DNA of 64,000 bases from Escherichia coli (GCF_044324785.1 NZ_CP172127.1); one strand, 5' to 3'. Shown: positions 9,729 to 22,874, numbered from the stretch's first letter. Notes: generated by a model not told the origin, from the sequence alone. Made by a program: numbers and translations.

Positions 9729-11252
9729 TCACTCAACCACAACCTTCACCTTCGGTTTAGAAAGGATAATTTTGACCAGGTCGATGTATGTAACAGGTTT
9801 ATAGAAATAATAACCCTGCTGAAATGTGATATTATTTTGGTTCAGATAATCAAGTTGTTCTTTCGTTTCGACACCTTCAGCGACGATACTGATCGAAAGT
9901 TTACGCGCCAGATCCAATACACAATCCAGAATTCGGGTTGATTCTGGGTCTGCGTTGACGCGGCCAACGAAACTGTGATCAATTTTGATATAATCAATAT
10001 GCAGGTCATGCAGATAAGAAAGCCCTGAGTAGCCAGTACCGAAATCATCCAGCGCGATGACAAAACCATTTTCATGCAGAATGTTCAACCGCTGAACCAG
10101 ACTTTCATCAACATTTAATGGCTCACGCTCGGTAACTTCCAGAACGAGGTTTAAATCGCGGCGGGTAAAACTGTCACGGTAATTTAAGCACTCGTCGACA
10201 AACGTCGGCGAAATAATATGCGAGGCGCTAAAATTAATTCCAATATGAAAACCCTCCGGCAGTTTACTCGAGATAGCGTTCATCTGTCTGGCAACCTGAT
10301 TCATCAGGCTTTGCGTAAGCGGAACGATTAATCCGGATTTTTCAGCAAGTGGAATAAATGCCGCGGGTGATATATATCCACCGTGAGGTTGTTTCCAGCG
10401 GGCTAACACCTCAACTCCCCGCAATGTCCCTTCCCGACCATTTACCACAGGTTGGTAAAAAGGGACGATCTCCCCATTATTTATTGCCCGTCGCAGGATC
10501 TCTTCAGGCGTTGCGCTTTTATTGAAATATCTATCAAGCAGGAAGGCAGCGGCGCAGGCGATTAACAGAATAAATATCAAAATCCCAAAGCCTTTATCGA
10601 TAAGTCTGTAGAAGCTAAAGAGTGGCGGCGGGTTAAAGATAATAGTGAAATGATATTTTGTGGAGTGAACCTTCTCGGTATAGGGATAATGTCCATTAAG
10701 AGTCATCACATCACCCGTAGGTCCAATAATGTCATCCGCCACGCGTAATACATACCTTACCCCTTTCAAGGGTACATTAAGCGCTCCGCGAATATGCTGA
10801 TCACTTATCGTAACCAAAATGCGCGTATCTGCAAATTGGCTCTGATAGAGCAGGATAGGTAATCTATTAACGGTGTCGATTGCCGGAGCCAACAGTAAAT
10901 TACTGTCCGGGAAAACAGGAATACGAGACAGCAGGACCCGATTCCCCGGTAAGGATGTACACCAGACCGCTCCCTGTTTGAGAATGATGATTGTGCGCAG
11001 GTGAGGTTTCAGAGCTGCTTCAGTGCCAAGCTGATATTGCTCCTCGAGGTCGCATTCCTTCCCGGCAATGTTAACCGCCGTTTGAGTCGCCTGTGACGCT
11101 TCTTCAAGTATATGATTGATATTGTTGGCGGCATATCTTGCTCCCGCCAGGTACTCTGCTTTTGCGGAATACCAGAGCTGGATGTTCAAAATAGCGACAC
11201 CGGTTATAAACAAGCATATCGCAATGAGGATGGGTATGAGTGTATTGCGCAT
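9729..11252 (-). CDS. pdeG: CSS-domain / EAL-domain c-di-GMP phosphodiesterase PdeG (YcgG), 507 aa
   Basis: N-terminal TM helix, periplasmic region with cysteines, second TM, C-terminal EAL-type domain (EVLARW, DDFGTGYS motifs). Confidence 0.85.
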   Translation of the reverse strand: MRNTLIPILIAICLFITGVAILNIQLWYSAKAEYLAGARYAANNINHILEEASQATQTAVNIAGKECDLEEQYQLGTEAALKPHLRTIIILKQGAVWCTSLPGNRVLLSRIPVFPDSNLLLAPAIDTVNRLPILLYQSQFADTRILVTISDQHIRGALNVPLKGVRYVLRVADDIIGPTGDVMTLNGHYPYTEKVHSTKYHFTIIFNPPPLFSFYRLIDKGFGILIFILLIACAAAFLLDRYFNKSATPEEILRRAINNGEIVPFYQPVVNGREGTLRGVEVLARWKQPHGGYISPAAFIPLAEKSGLIVPLTQSLMNQVARQMNAISSKLPEGFHIGINFSASHIISPTFVDECLNYRDSFTRRDLNLVLEVTEREPLNVDESLVQRLNILHENGFVIALDDFGTGYSGLSYLHDLHIDYIKIDHSFVGRVNADPESTRILDCVLDLARKLSISIVAEGVETKEQLDYLNQNNITFQQGYYFYKPVTYIDLVKIILSKPKVKVVVE

Positions 11253-11587
11253 TCACTTGTCCCGGCCAAAGGGTTTAATACATAAAAATGACATTCATTC
11301 GCTCGCGCTGGCGTCTACAGAGAGCATGGTAGAGAGCATCACAAATATCCACGCCGAAGATAAAATTTTCTCCATCTTCATCTAACCTATTAATTATTGA
11401 GCATAATGTAGGCAGAATTAAACAAATTAGGCGGGATATCAGGCGTCAAGAATGGAAAACGAGCGCTCTCCATTCTTGTTGGCTCCCTGATATTGCGGAT
11501 ATATTAAGAAAGCATAACGCCTGAAATGCTCACTTTGCACCAGCATGGTGATACATCTGATCTTTATTCTAAAGCCTTCCACAAGTT

Positions 11588-11836
11588 TTAAGAGAGCACG
11601 GATTCCCTGTCATTAATAATGATATCCGCTAGTGTAGTCTTATGCATTTCAATGTACTGCAAGATTTGCAGATAGAGATCAGAAAGAATCACACTGGTTT
11701 CATCTTTTAAACGCAAGCGTAAAGCCTGATCAATAATATGACTATCAACATATCCATGCGTCATGAACACCTCCCTCTCAAGATTTTTAAACAAAGCACA
11801 TTGAAAAATAAATCTCTCTGGGATTGAATTATTCAT
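11588..11836 (-). CDS. ymgC: YmgC, last gene of the ycgZ-ymgA-ariR-ymgC operon
   Basis: Track ORF 91 aa; internal Met MNNSIPERF... gives ~82 aa; synteny. Confidence 0.7.
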   Translation of the reverse strand: MNNSIPERFIFQCALFKNLEREVFMTHGYVDSHIIDQALRLRLKDETSVILSDLYLQILQYIEMHKTTLADIIINDRESVLS

Positions 11837-11948
11837 GTCAGCCTCGTAGGAATAGTGACCCAATAAAATTATGCTGTGTATAGTCTAAAGCGACAGACAA
11901 AAATAAGATGAATGAGTTTTCTAAAAACTTATACTTAACAATTAAAAG

Positions 11949-12215
11949 TTACATATCATCAGCTGTGTATCGCAACACGATTTCCAGTGTTTTTCTAATC
12001 ACATCAGCTTTAAGAATATCATTTGTTGTTTCCAGGGAGTGTATCAGACTTAAGATAATATTTTTATTATTAACATTATCGCCTGAAAGCATTAAATTGG
12101 TCACAGCCTGCCCTAACACAGCTGACTCTTCTTCTAACAAATTACCTGAACTACGAAAGTAACTTGATAACGCTTTATCAGTTATTGCATTATGAATAGT
12201 AGTATCTTCAAGCAT
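11949..12215 (-). CDS. ariR: Biofilm/acid-resistance connector AriR (YmgB), 88 aa
   Basis: 88 aa; third gene of the ycgZ operon. Confidence 0.8.
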   Translation of the reverse strand: MLEDTTIHNAITDKALSSYFRSSGNLLEEESAVLGQAVTNLMLSGDNVNNKNIILSLIHSLETTNDILKADVIRKTLEIVLRYTADDM

Positions 12216-12243
12216 GGTAACCTCTCATCTTACTTATGAAATT

Positions 12244-12516
12244 TTAATGTATTCTGTTTATTTTCTTACCATTGAACATACTTTTATTGTCAGCTATCGC
12301 TGTTCTTCTGTTTGGCCCTCCTGTATCACTGTTGCTAAAATCACGAATTATGCTGTCAATTAAATCTCGTCGGAAAGCATTTTCCTCAGCCGATTTCATT
12401 ACGAGTAATTGCTTAATAAGAGTCTGCAACGAAAAATTTATCTTCATGCGCAGTATATGGAGCACCGCCTGGCCAGTAATTTCATATTTTATACTTTCAT
12501 TATCAGATGTCTTCAT
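12244..12516 (-). CDS. ymgA: YmgA, 90 aa
   Basis: 90 aa; second gene of the ycgZ operon. Confidence 0.8.
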   Translation of the reverse strand: MKTSDNESIKYEITGQAVLHILRMKINFSLQTLIKQLLVMKSAEENAFRRDLIDSIIRDFSNSDTGGPNRRTAIADNKSMFNGKKINRIH

Positions 12517-12558
12517 AACGACTTCATAGCTAACCTGTTAAATACTCAGGCTGTTGCA

Positions 12559-12795
12559 TTATTCAAAAAGCAACCCAATTAGTGCATTATAATGTTTCTG
12601 TTCCTCTTCCCCTGTCGCTTGTTCCAGTCGGCAAAGAAGTTTGGCACAAAGCGACTTTCGACTCAGATTACGTCCATCTTTCAAAATCTCAGTCACAATT
12701 TCCCCGAGAGTTTCCTGCTGAGTAGGCAAGTTAGCTTTTGCAAAGTAACGAGTGATTGCTCCCGCAGAATCTGAAGTCACTGAATTTTGATGCAT
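12559..12795 (-). CDS. ycgZ: YcgZ, 78 aa
   Basis: 78 aa; divergent from bluF. Confidence 0.8.
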   Translation of the reverse strand: MHQNSVTSDSAGAITRYFAKANLPTQQETLGEIVTEILKDGRNLSRKSLCAKLLCRLEQATGEEEQKHYNALIGLLFE

Positions 12796-12850
12796 GCTAC
12801 GCCTCTGTTAAAAATGTTAATCAATGTTAAGTGAGGTAACAATAGCAAAC

Positions 12851-12870
12851 TTGTACGAAATATGTGTACA
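12851..12870. promoter_or_regulatory. TGTAC-containing inverted half-sites in the ycgZ-bluF intergenic region, candidate BluR operator
   Basis: ttgtacgaaatatgtgtaca; resembles the TGTACA half-sites of the MlrA/BluR family. Confidence 0.4.
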
Positions 12871-13108
12871 GAATGATAAATTAATTTTTTGCAATTAGTG
12901 CTAATGCATATAAAACAATGCCTTATGATATAAAATATTGCATCATTTAAATGACAACCTATACAATGTTTTTCGCCAAATCGTCTTCAACTTTTTCCAC
13001 TTTTTATCAATGTAAAGAAACGGTTATGTTTTGGTATTAAAAGAAAGACACAAGAAGATATGTCTGTTACCGTCTTACTCTCGCCTCGCCCATTACCCTG
13101 GATTGTTA

Positions 13109-14320
13109 ATGCTTACCACCCTTATTTATCGTAGCCATATACGTGACGACGAACCTGTCAAAAAAATCGAAGAAATGGTTTCGATAGCAAATCGCAGGAA
13201 CATGCAGTCTGATGTAACAGGGATCTTACTGTTTAATGGTTCTCATTTTTTCCAGCTTCTGGAAGGTCCGGAAGAACAGGTTCAACTGATATTTCGGGCT
13301 ATATGTCAGGATCCACGGCACTATAATATTGTTGAACTGTTGTGCGATTACGCGCCTGCTCGCCGTTTTGGCAAAGCAGGAATGGAATTATTTGATTTAC
13401 GCCTGCACGAGCGAGATGACGTTTTACAGGCCGTATTCGACAAGGGTACATCAAAATTTCAGCTAACTTATGATGACAGAGCGCTACAATTTTTTCGTAC
13501 TTTTGTCCTTGCAACCGAACAATCAACCTATTTCGAGATCCCTGCTGAAGACTCCTGGCTTTTTATCGCTGACGGATCTGATAAAGAACTTGATTCCTGC
13601 ACCCTTTCACCAAATATAAACGACCACTTTGCCTTTCATCCTATTGTCGATCCCTTATCGCGGCGGATAATCGCTTTTGAAGCCATTGTGCAAAAAAATG
13701 AAGACAGCCCGTCAGCTATAGCGGTTGGGCAGCGTAAAGAAGGGGAAATCTACACAGCGGATCTCAAAAGTAAGGCGCTTGCATTCGCGATGGCACACAC
13801 ACTTGACCTCGGTGACAAAATGATTTCAATCAATCTATTACCTATGACCCTGGTTAACGAGCCTGATGCAGTCTCTTTTTTACTTGATGAAATAAAGGCC
13901 AATGGCCTGGTGCCGGAACAAATCATCGTTGAATTTACCGAAAGTGAAGTCATATCTCGGTTTGATGAGTTTGCCGAAGCGGTTAAATCGTTAAAGGCTG
14001 CCGGTATCAGTGTAGCAATTGATCATTTTGGCGCAGGTTTTGCCGGTTTGTTACTCCTGTCACGCTTCCAGCCTGACAGAATTAAAATCAGTCAGGAATT
14101 GATTACCAACGTTCATAAAAGCGGGCCACGGCAGGCAATTATTCAGGCGATCATAAAATGCTGTACATCACTTGAAATTCAAGTCTCTGCTATGGGTGTG
14201 ACAACACCAGAAGAGTGGATGTGGCTTGAATCTGCAGGAATTGAGATGTTTCAGGGAGATCTGTTTGCGAAAGCTAAATTGAATGGTATCCCTTCAGTTG
14301 CGTGGCCGGAGAAAAAATAA
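13109..14320 (+). CDS. bluF: Blue-light sensing BLUF/EAL protein BluF (YcgF), 403 aa
   Basis: Track ORF extended to 13031; ATG at 13109 gives MLTTLIYRSHIRDDEPV..., BLUF domain then degenerate EAL domain. Confidence 0.9.
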   Translation: MLTTLIYRSHIRDDEPVKKIEEMVSIANRRNMQSDVTGILLFNGSHFFQLLEGPEEQVQLIFRAICQDPRHYNIVELLCDYAPARRFGKAGMELFDLRLHERDDVLQAVFDKGTSKFQLTYDDRALQFFRTFVLATEQSTYFEIPAEDSWLFIADGSDKELDSCTLSPNINDHFAFHPIVDPLSRRIIAFEAIVQKNEDSPSAIAVGQRKEGEIYTADLKSKALAFAMAHTLDLGDKMISINLLPMTLVNEPDAVSFLLDEIKANGLVPEQIIVEFTESEVISRFDEFAEAVKSLKAAGISVAIDHFGAGFAGLLLLSRFQPDRIKISQELITNVHKSGPRQAIIQAIIKCCTSLEIQVSAMGVTTPEEWMWLESAGIEMFQGDLFAKAKLNGIPSVAWPEKK

Positions 14321-14440
14321 TTTTCAGCACATTATTTCGCATGATTTCTGGAAATCATCGTGAAAATGAATACGTTATGTTTTAATTTAATCCACATTAA
14401 AAATAATGTTTCATCCAATTTAGCTGAAATCTTATTTATA

Positions 14441-14491
14441 CTTTGTACAATTTTAGCGTATATTGTACAAAGTATTATTGGGTCGTGTACA
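14441..14491. promoter_or_regulatory. Three TGTACA palindromes upstream of bluR, candidate MerR-family (BluR) operator
   Basis: ctTTGTACAAttttagcgtatatTGTACAAAgtattattgggtcgTGTACAgg; the first two copies form a perfect 10-bp inverted repeat. Confidence 0.5.
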
Positions 14492-14524
14492 GGCGACGGA
14501 GATTTATGACCGCAAGGAGGAATT

Positions 14525-15256
14525 GTGGCTTATTACAGCATTGGTGATGTTGCTGAACGTTGCGGGATTAATCCTGTCACTCTCCGGGCCTGGCAACGCC
14601 GCTACGGTTTGTTAAAACCACAGCGCAGTGAAGGCGGACACCGACTCTTTGATGAAGAAGACATACAACGCATCGAAGAGATCAAGCGTTGGATAAGTAA
14701 TGGCGTCCCTGTAGGCAAAGTTAAAGCATTACTGGAAACCACCAGCCAGGATACGGAAGATGACTGGAGCCGCCTGCAAGAAGAGATGATGTCAATTCTT
14801 CGTATGGCTAATCCTGCCAAACTACGCGCGAGAATTATTTCACTGGGTCGAGAGTACCCGGTAGATCAATTGATTAATCATGTTTACCTTCCTGTTCGTC
14901 AGCGTCTCGTGCTTGATCACAACACCTCCCGCATTATGAGCAGTATGTTTGACGGCGCATTAATTGAATACGCAGCAGCCTCACTTTTCGAAATGCGCCG
15001 TAAGCCCGGTAAAGAAGCCATTCTGATGGCGTGGAATGTTGAAGAGAGAGCACGATTGTGGCTGGAAGCATGGCGTTTATCATTGTCAGGATGGCACATT
15101 TCTGTTCTTGCTGATCCCATTGAATCGCCGCGCCCGGAACTGTTCCCAACGCAAACATTGATTGTCTGGACAGGCATGGCACCAACGAGAAGGCAAAACG
15201 AACTTTTACAACACTGGGGTGAGCAAGGTTATAAAGTCATCTTTCATGCCCCCTAA
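14525..15256 (+). CDS. bluR: MerR-family repressor BluR (YcgE), 243 aa
   Basis: N-terminal MerR HTH ([27 protein letters not shown]). Confidence 0.9.
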   Translation: MAYYSIGDVAERCGINPVTLRAWQRRYGLLKPQRSEGGHRLFDEEDIQRIEEIKRWISNGVPVGKVKALLETTSQDTEDDWSRLQEEMMSILRMANPAKLRARIISLGREYPVDQLINHVYLPVRQRLVLDHNTSRIMSSMFDGALIEYAAASLFEMRRKPGKEAILMAWNVEERARLWLEAWRLSLSGWHISVLADPIESPRPELFPTQTLIVWTGMAPTRRQNELLQHWGEQGYKVIFHAP

Positions 15257-15476
15257 TTTTACCTTTATCCCGCCCCTTAGACAGAATCTTATAATCTGAA
15301 CCCACAACAGCGTTTGTACCGGAGCTGGTCCGTTGCAAAATGCTCACCGGGAGAATTCAGGTAATCCCCCTTTCACACTTTGTACATATCACAGCCAAAG
15401 GACAGACCAGATTGAAGTGGTAAAACCGATCGTGCACACTACGCAGTCTCACAACTAACAAGAGGTTATTATCCTG

Positions 15477-15881
15477 ATGGATCAGGTTGTTGTTTTTCAA
15501 AAGATGTTTGAGCAAGTGAGAAAAGAGCAAAACTTCTCCTGGTTTTATTCAGAATTAAAACATCACCGTATTGCACATTACATTTATTACCTGGCTACGG
15601 ATAACATCAGAATTATTACTCACGATGACACGGTTTTGTTATTAAGAGGAACCAGGAACCTGTTAAAAGTTAGTACGACCAAGAACCCTGCTAAAATAAA
15701 AGAGGCCGCATTGCTTCATATTTGCGGAAAATCAACATTTCGGGAATACTGTTCAACACTGGCAGGCGCGGGCGTTTTCCGGTGGGTTACTGATGTTAAT
15801 CATAACAAACGCAGTTACTACGCCATTGATAATACGCTTTTATATATTGAAGATGTAGAAAACAATAAACCATTAATCTAG
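15477..15881 (+). CDS. ycgX: Uncharacterised protein YcgX, 134 aa
   Basis: 134 aa; position between bluR and iraM. Confidence 0.75.
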   Translation: MDQVVVFQKMFEQVRKEQNFSWFYSELKHHRIAHYIYYLATDNIRIITHDDTVLLLRGTRNLLKVSTTKNPAKIKEAALLHICGKSTFREYCSTLAGAGVFRWVTDVNHNKRSYYAIDNTLLYIEDVENNKPLI

Positions 15882-16092
15882 CTAAAGTTGGAAGCTTAAG
15901 AAATGCTTCATAATTCAGTAAGACATTAGCATAATGGAAATAAAAGTGCAGAGACTATCCCTATGGATGATAAATACTATCTTTTTATTGCCACCCATAA
16001 ATAATCACCAGGCCAATACTATCAAATTGATATTTGAAATGTGATCACTTGACTTTCTATACGTTATTTTATAACGGTTAACAAATTTATAA

Positions 16093-16140
16093 AACCAACG
16101 GGCGTGCCATACGCCCGTTTCAATACTTAACGCACATGTG
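16093..16140. repeat. Second copy of the icd 3'-flank terminator hairpin (direct repeat with 16959-17004)
   Basis: aacgggcgtgccatacgcccgtttcaatacttaacgcacatgt versus aacgggcgtgttatacgcccgtttcaatatttaacacatgt at the icd stop. Confidence 0.8.
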
Positions 16141-16582
16141 TTTTGGTTTAGTCATCATCCGATTATATGTATTTTAGTCAGGAACGGGTTTAACCATTCC
16201 TATATAACTCAAAAATTGAAACCTTATTCTCAGGTCATGCTTATATTCATCATTATCATTATATTAAAAGGCCAATCATAATGTTTTGCAAATTGGCACA
16301 ACATAGCATAAAGGCTATGTTTTAATTACAGAATGTTCAGTCATTTGAATGTATAATATTTTAGCTAAACAAATCTAAAACGAAGTGAATAATTTAATGT
16401 TTTCACTAAATCTCATTTTGTTTAATCTCTATTGAGATTCCTTGCTTTAAATTTTTTTTATATAGGTAATGACATTAATTTTTAATTAATTTATTTTTTG
16501 GGGAGTAATATACACATATGCAAAATCAAGAAATGAACATCCAAATGAACTATATTAAACACCGTGGGATAAGACATAACAA

Positions 16583-16906
16583 ATGAAGTGGATAGTAATT
16601 GATACGGTAATTCAACCTACATGCGGCATATCTTTTTCAGCCATATGGGGTGATATGAAAATGATCATCTGGTATCAATCTACTATATTTCTCCCTCCTG
16701 GAAGTATATTTACACCGGTTAAGTCTGGTATTATCCTTAAGGATAAAGAATACCCTATTACTATTTATAACATCACACCATTCAACAAGGATTTATGGAT
16801 TTTACTCAAAAGCAGTCAAGAGTGTCCTCCAGGAGAAAGCGAAATAACAAATAAATGTTTACATAATAGTTGTATTATAAAAATATGCCCATATGGACTC
16901 AAGTAA
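16583..16906 (+). CDS. iraM: Anti-adaptor protein IraM (RpoS stabiliser), 107 aa
   Basis: 107 aa, [23 protein letters not shown]...; AT-rich; adjacent to icd. Confidence 0.85.
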   Translation: MKWIVIDTVIQPTCGISFSAIWGDMKMIIWYQSTIFLPPGSIFTPVKSGIILKDKEYPITIYNITPFNKDLWILLKSSQECPPGESEITNKCLHNSCIIKICPYGLK

Positions 16907-16958
16907 TGGGCTTCATATAAATATGCTCGACATGCTATTAATAATATCCACATAAATA

Positions 16959-17004
16959 AAACAACGGGCGTGTTATACGCCCGTTTCAATATTTAACACA
17001 TGTA
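16959..17004 (-). terminator. icd rho-independent terminator (first copy of the repeat)
   Basis: Directly downstream of the icd stop on the minus strand: aacgggcgt-ataac-acgcccgtt then T-rich tract. Confidence 0.8.
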
Positions 17005-17008
17005 GAGA

Positions 17009-18259
17009 TTACATGTTCTTGATGATCGCATCACCAAACTCGCTGCATTTCAGCAGCTTAGCACCTTCCATCAGACGTTCGAAGTCATAGGTTACGGTCT
17101 TCGCATTGATTGCGCCTTCCATACCTTTAACAATCAGGTCTGCAGCTTCAGTCCAGCCCATATGGCGTAACATCATCTCAGCGGAGAGAATAATAGAGCC
17201 TGGGTTTACTTTGTCCTGACCGGCATATTTCGGCGCAGTACCGTGGGTGGCTTCAAACAGGGCGCATTCGTCACCGATGTTTGCGCCAGGGGCGATACCG
17301 ATACCGCCAACCTGCGCTGCCAGGGCGTCAGAAATGTAGTCACCGTTCAGGTTCATACAGGCGATAACATCATATTCAGCCGGACGCAGCAGGATCTGTT
17401 GCAGGAATGCATCAGCAATCACGTCTTTAATGACGATCTCTTTGCCGGTGTTCGGGTTTTTAACTTTCAGCCACGGGCCGCCGTCGATCAGTTCACCGCC
17501 AAACTCTTCACGCGCCAGCTGGTAGCCCCAGTCTTTAAACGCGCCTTCGGTGAACTTCATGATGTTGCCTTTGTGCACCAGGGTCACAGAGTCACGATCG
17601 TTAGCAATTGCGTATTCGATCGCTGCACGAACCAGACGTTTGGTGCCTTCTTCCGAACACGGCTTAATACCGATACCGCAATGTTCCGGGAAGCGAATTT
17701 TCTTCACGCCCATCTCTTCACGCAGGAATTTAATCACTTTCTCGGCGTCGGCAGAGTCAGCTTTCCATTCGATACCCGCATAAATGTCTTCCGAGTTTTC
17801 ACGGAAGATAACCATATCGGTCAGTTCAGGGTGTTTAACCGGGCTTGGAGTGCCCTGATAGTAACGTACCGGACGCAGGCAGATGTAGAGATCCAGTTCC
17901 TGACGCAGGGCAACGTTCAGAGAGCGAATACCGCCACCTACTGGAGTGGTCAGCGGACCTTTAATGGCAACGCGATATTCACGAATCAGATCAAGGGTTT
18001 CAGCAGGCAGCCAGACATCCTGACCATAAACCTGTGTGGATTTTTCACCGGTGTAAATTTCCATCCAGGAGATTTTACGCTCGCCTTTATAGGCTTTCTC
18101 GACTGCAGCGTCGACCACTTTCAGCATGGCTGGGGTTACATCTACACCGATTCCATCACCTTCAATGTAAGGGATAATCGGATTTTCAGGAACGTTGAGT
18201 TTGCCGTTTTGCAGGGTGATCTTCTTGCCTTGTGCCGGAACAACTACTTTACTTTCCAT
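17009..18259 (-). CDS. icd: Isocitrate dehydrogenase (NADP)
   Basis: 416 aa, [38 protein letters not shown]... Confidence 0.98.
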   Translation of the reverse strand: MESKVVVPAQGKKITLQNGKLNVPENPIIPYIEGDGIGVDVTPAMLKVVDAAVEKAYKGERKISWMEIYTGEKSTQVYGQDVWLPAETLDLIREYRVAIKGPLTTPVGGGIRSLNVALRQELDLYICLRPVRYYQGTPSPVKHPELTDMVIFRENSEDIYAGIEWKADSADAEKVIKFLREEMGVKKIRFPEHCGIGIKPCSEEGTKRLVRAAIEYAIANDRDSVTLVHKGNIMKFTEGAFKDWGYQLAREEFGGELIDGGPWLKVKNPNTGKEIVIKDVIADAFLQQILLRPAEYDVIACMNLNGDYISDALAAQVGGIGIAPGANIGDECALFEATHGTAPKYAGQDKVNPGSIILSAEMMLRHMGWTEAADLIVKGMEGAINAKTVTYDFERLMEGAKLLKCSEFGDAIIKNM

Positions 18260-18430
18260 TCACCTCTCCTTCGAGCGCTACTGGTTTGCTCGTCTGCCAC
18301 CACGTTGCATATGCGTTTGCGTCCTGCGATACGGATGCTTTAGAGCAATTTTTTGTTAATGATTTGTAATTGGCTTGTCAATACTACCCTATTGTTTGCC
18401 GTCATGAAAGATGCGCGTTATTAGGCTATA

Positions 18431-19084
18431 ATGCGGCAATTCATAATCTCTGAAAATACCATGCAAAAAACTTCTTTTAGAAATCACCAGGTTAAGCGAT
18501 TCAGCTCGCAACGTTCTACCAGGCGTAAACCTGAAAACCAGCCCACGCGTGTGATCCTGTTCAATAAACCCTACGATGTTCTTCCGCAGTTCACCGATGA
18601 AGCCGGACGCAAAACATTAAAAGAATTCATCCCGGTTCAGGGCGTTTATGCGGCAGGTCGTCTTGACCGCGATAGCGAAGGGTTACTGGTGCTGACCAAT
18701 AACGGCGCGTTGCAGGCGCGTTTAACCCAGCCGGGTAAACGCACCGGGAAAATCTATTATGTGCAGGTGGAAGGCATTCCCACACAAGACGCACTTGAGG
18801 CCTTGCGCAATGGCGTGACCTTAAATGATGGCCCCACCTTGCCCGCAGGCGTGGACCTGGTTGAAGAGCCGGAGTGGTTATGGCCGCGTAATCCGCCGAT
18901 TCGTGAACGTAAAAGTATTCCCACCAGCTGGCTGAAGATTACTTTATATGAAGGACGTAATCGCCAGGTGCGCCGCATGACCGCCCATGTTGGTTTCCCC
19001 ACGCTGCGACTGATTCGCTATGCGATGGGTGATTACTCTTTGGATAATCTTGCCAACGGCGAATGGCGAGAAGCGACAGATTAA
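18431..19084 (+). CDS. rluE: 23S rRNA pseudouridine(2457) synthase RluE
   Basis: 217 aa; RsuA/RluE family; an ATG at 18461 is an alternative start. Confidence 0.9.
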   Translation: MRQFIISENTMQKTSFRNHQVKRFSSQRSTRRKPENQPTRVILFNKPYDVLPQFTDEAGRKTLKEFIPVQGVYAAGRLDRDSEGLLVLTNNGALQARLTQPGKRTGKIYYVQVEGIPTQDALEALRNGVTLNDGPTLPAGVDLVEEPEWLWPRNPPIRERKSIPTSWLKITLYEGRNRQVRRMTAHVGFPTLRLIRYAMGDYSLDNLANGEWREATD

Positions 19085-19093
19085 GGACGCAAA

Positions 19094-20715
<1,622 letters not shown>

Positions 20716-20750
20716 TTATTATCTTTACTTAAAACAAGGAAGCAGTGAAC

Positions 20751-21392
20751 GTGGCAAAGAATTACTATGACATCACCCTCGCCCTGGCCGGTATTTGTCA
20801 GTCGGCACGCCTGGTGCAACAACTCGCTCACCAGGGGCATTGTGATGCCGATGCGCTACACGTCTCACTCAACAGTATTATTGATATGAACCCCAGCTCG
20901 ACGCTGGCGGTTTTTGGCGGTAGCGAAGCCAACCTGCGCGTCGGGCTGGAAACCTTGCTCGGCGTGCTCAATGCCAGCAGTCGCCAGGGCTTAAACGCTG
21001 AGTTAACCCGCTACACACTCAGCCTGATGGTGCTTGAGCGCAAACTCTCCTCAGCGAAAGGTGCGCTCGACACTCTGGGCAACCGGATCAACGGCCTGCA
21101 ACGCCAGCTCGAACACTTCGATTTACAGTCCGAAACGCTGATGAGCGCGATGGCTGCTATCTATGTTGATGTGATTAGCCCGCTTGGCCCACGCATTCAG
21201 GTCACCGGTTCCCCTGCTGTACTGCAAAGCGCACAGGTGCAGGCGAAAGTTCGCGCCACCCTGCTGGCAGGCATTCGCGCCGCCGTGCTCTGGCACCAGG
21301 TCGGCGGCGGACGTCTGCAACTGATGTTTTCTCGTAATCGCCTGACCACTCAGGCAAAACAAATTCTTGCTCATTTAACCCCGGAGTTGTGA
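20751..21392 (+). CDS. hflD: Lysogenisation regulator HflD
   Basis: GTG at 20751 gives [17 protein letters not shown]... (213 aa). Confidence 0.92.
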   Translation: MAKNYYDITLALAGICQSARLVQQLAHQGHCDADALHVSLNSIIDMNPSSTLAVFGGSEANLRVGLETLLGVLNASSRQGLNAELTRYTLSLMVLERKLSSAKGALDTLGNRINGLQRQLEHFDLQSETLMSAMAAIYVDVISPLGPRIQVTGSPAVLQSAQVQAKVRATLLAGIRAAVLWHQVGGGRLQLMFSRNRLTTQAKQILAHLTPEL

Positions 21393-22766
<1,374 letters not shown>

Positions 22767-22857
22767 GCCTCAAAACAGTGCCGGATGGCGATGCTGTCCG
22801 GCCTGCTTATTAAGATTATCCACTTTTTCTTTTTTCACTTTACCTCCCCTCCCCGCT

Positions 22858-22874
22858 GGTTTATTTAATGTTTA
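22858..22874 (+). promoter_or_regulatory. PhoP box at the phoPQ promoter
   Basis: GGTTTAtttaaTGTTTA, a direct hexamer repeat with 5-nt spacer, ~60 bp upstream of the phoP ATG. Confidence 0.8.

Noticed and set aside
16950-17010. e14 prophage or other mobile element at the icd attachment site
   Set aside because: No integrase, phage or IS-like ORFs anywhere in the window; icd is followed directly by iraM, so the site is empty apart from the short terminator repeat reported above.
17243-18343. 366-aa ORF on the + strand
   Set aside because: Lies entirely antisense to icd, whose identity is unambiguous; a typical shadow ORF with no recognisable motifs. The same applies to 19963-20487 (opposite mnmA), 21927-22535 (opposite purB), 42311-42919 (opposite mfd), 46723-47361 (opposite ndh), 54030-55154 (opposite ptsG) and 63085-63966 (opposite fabD).
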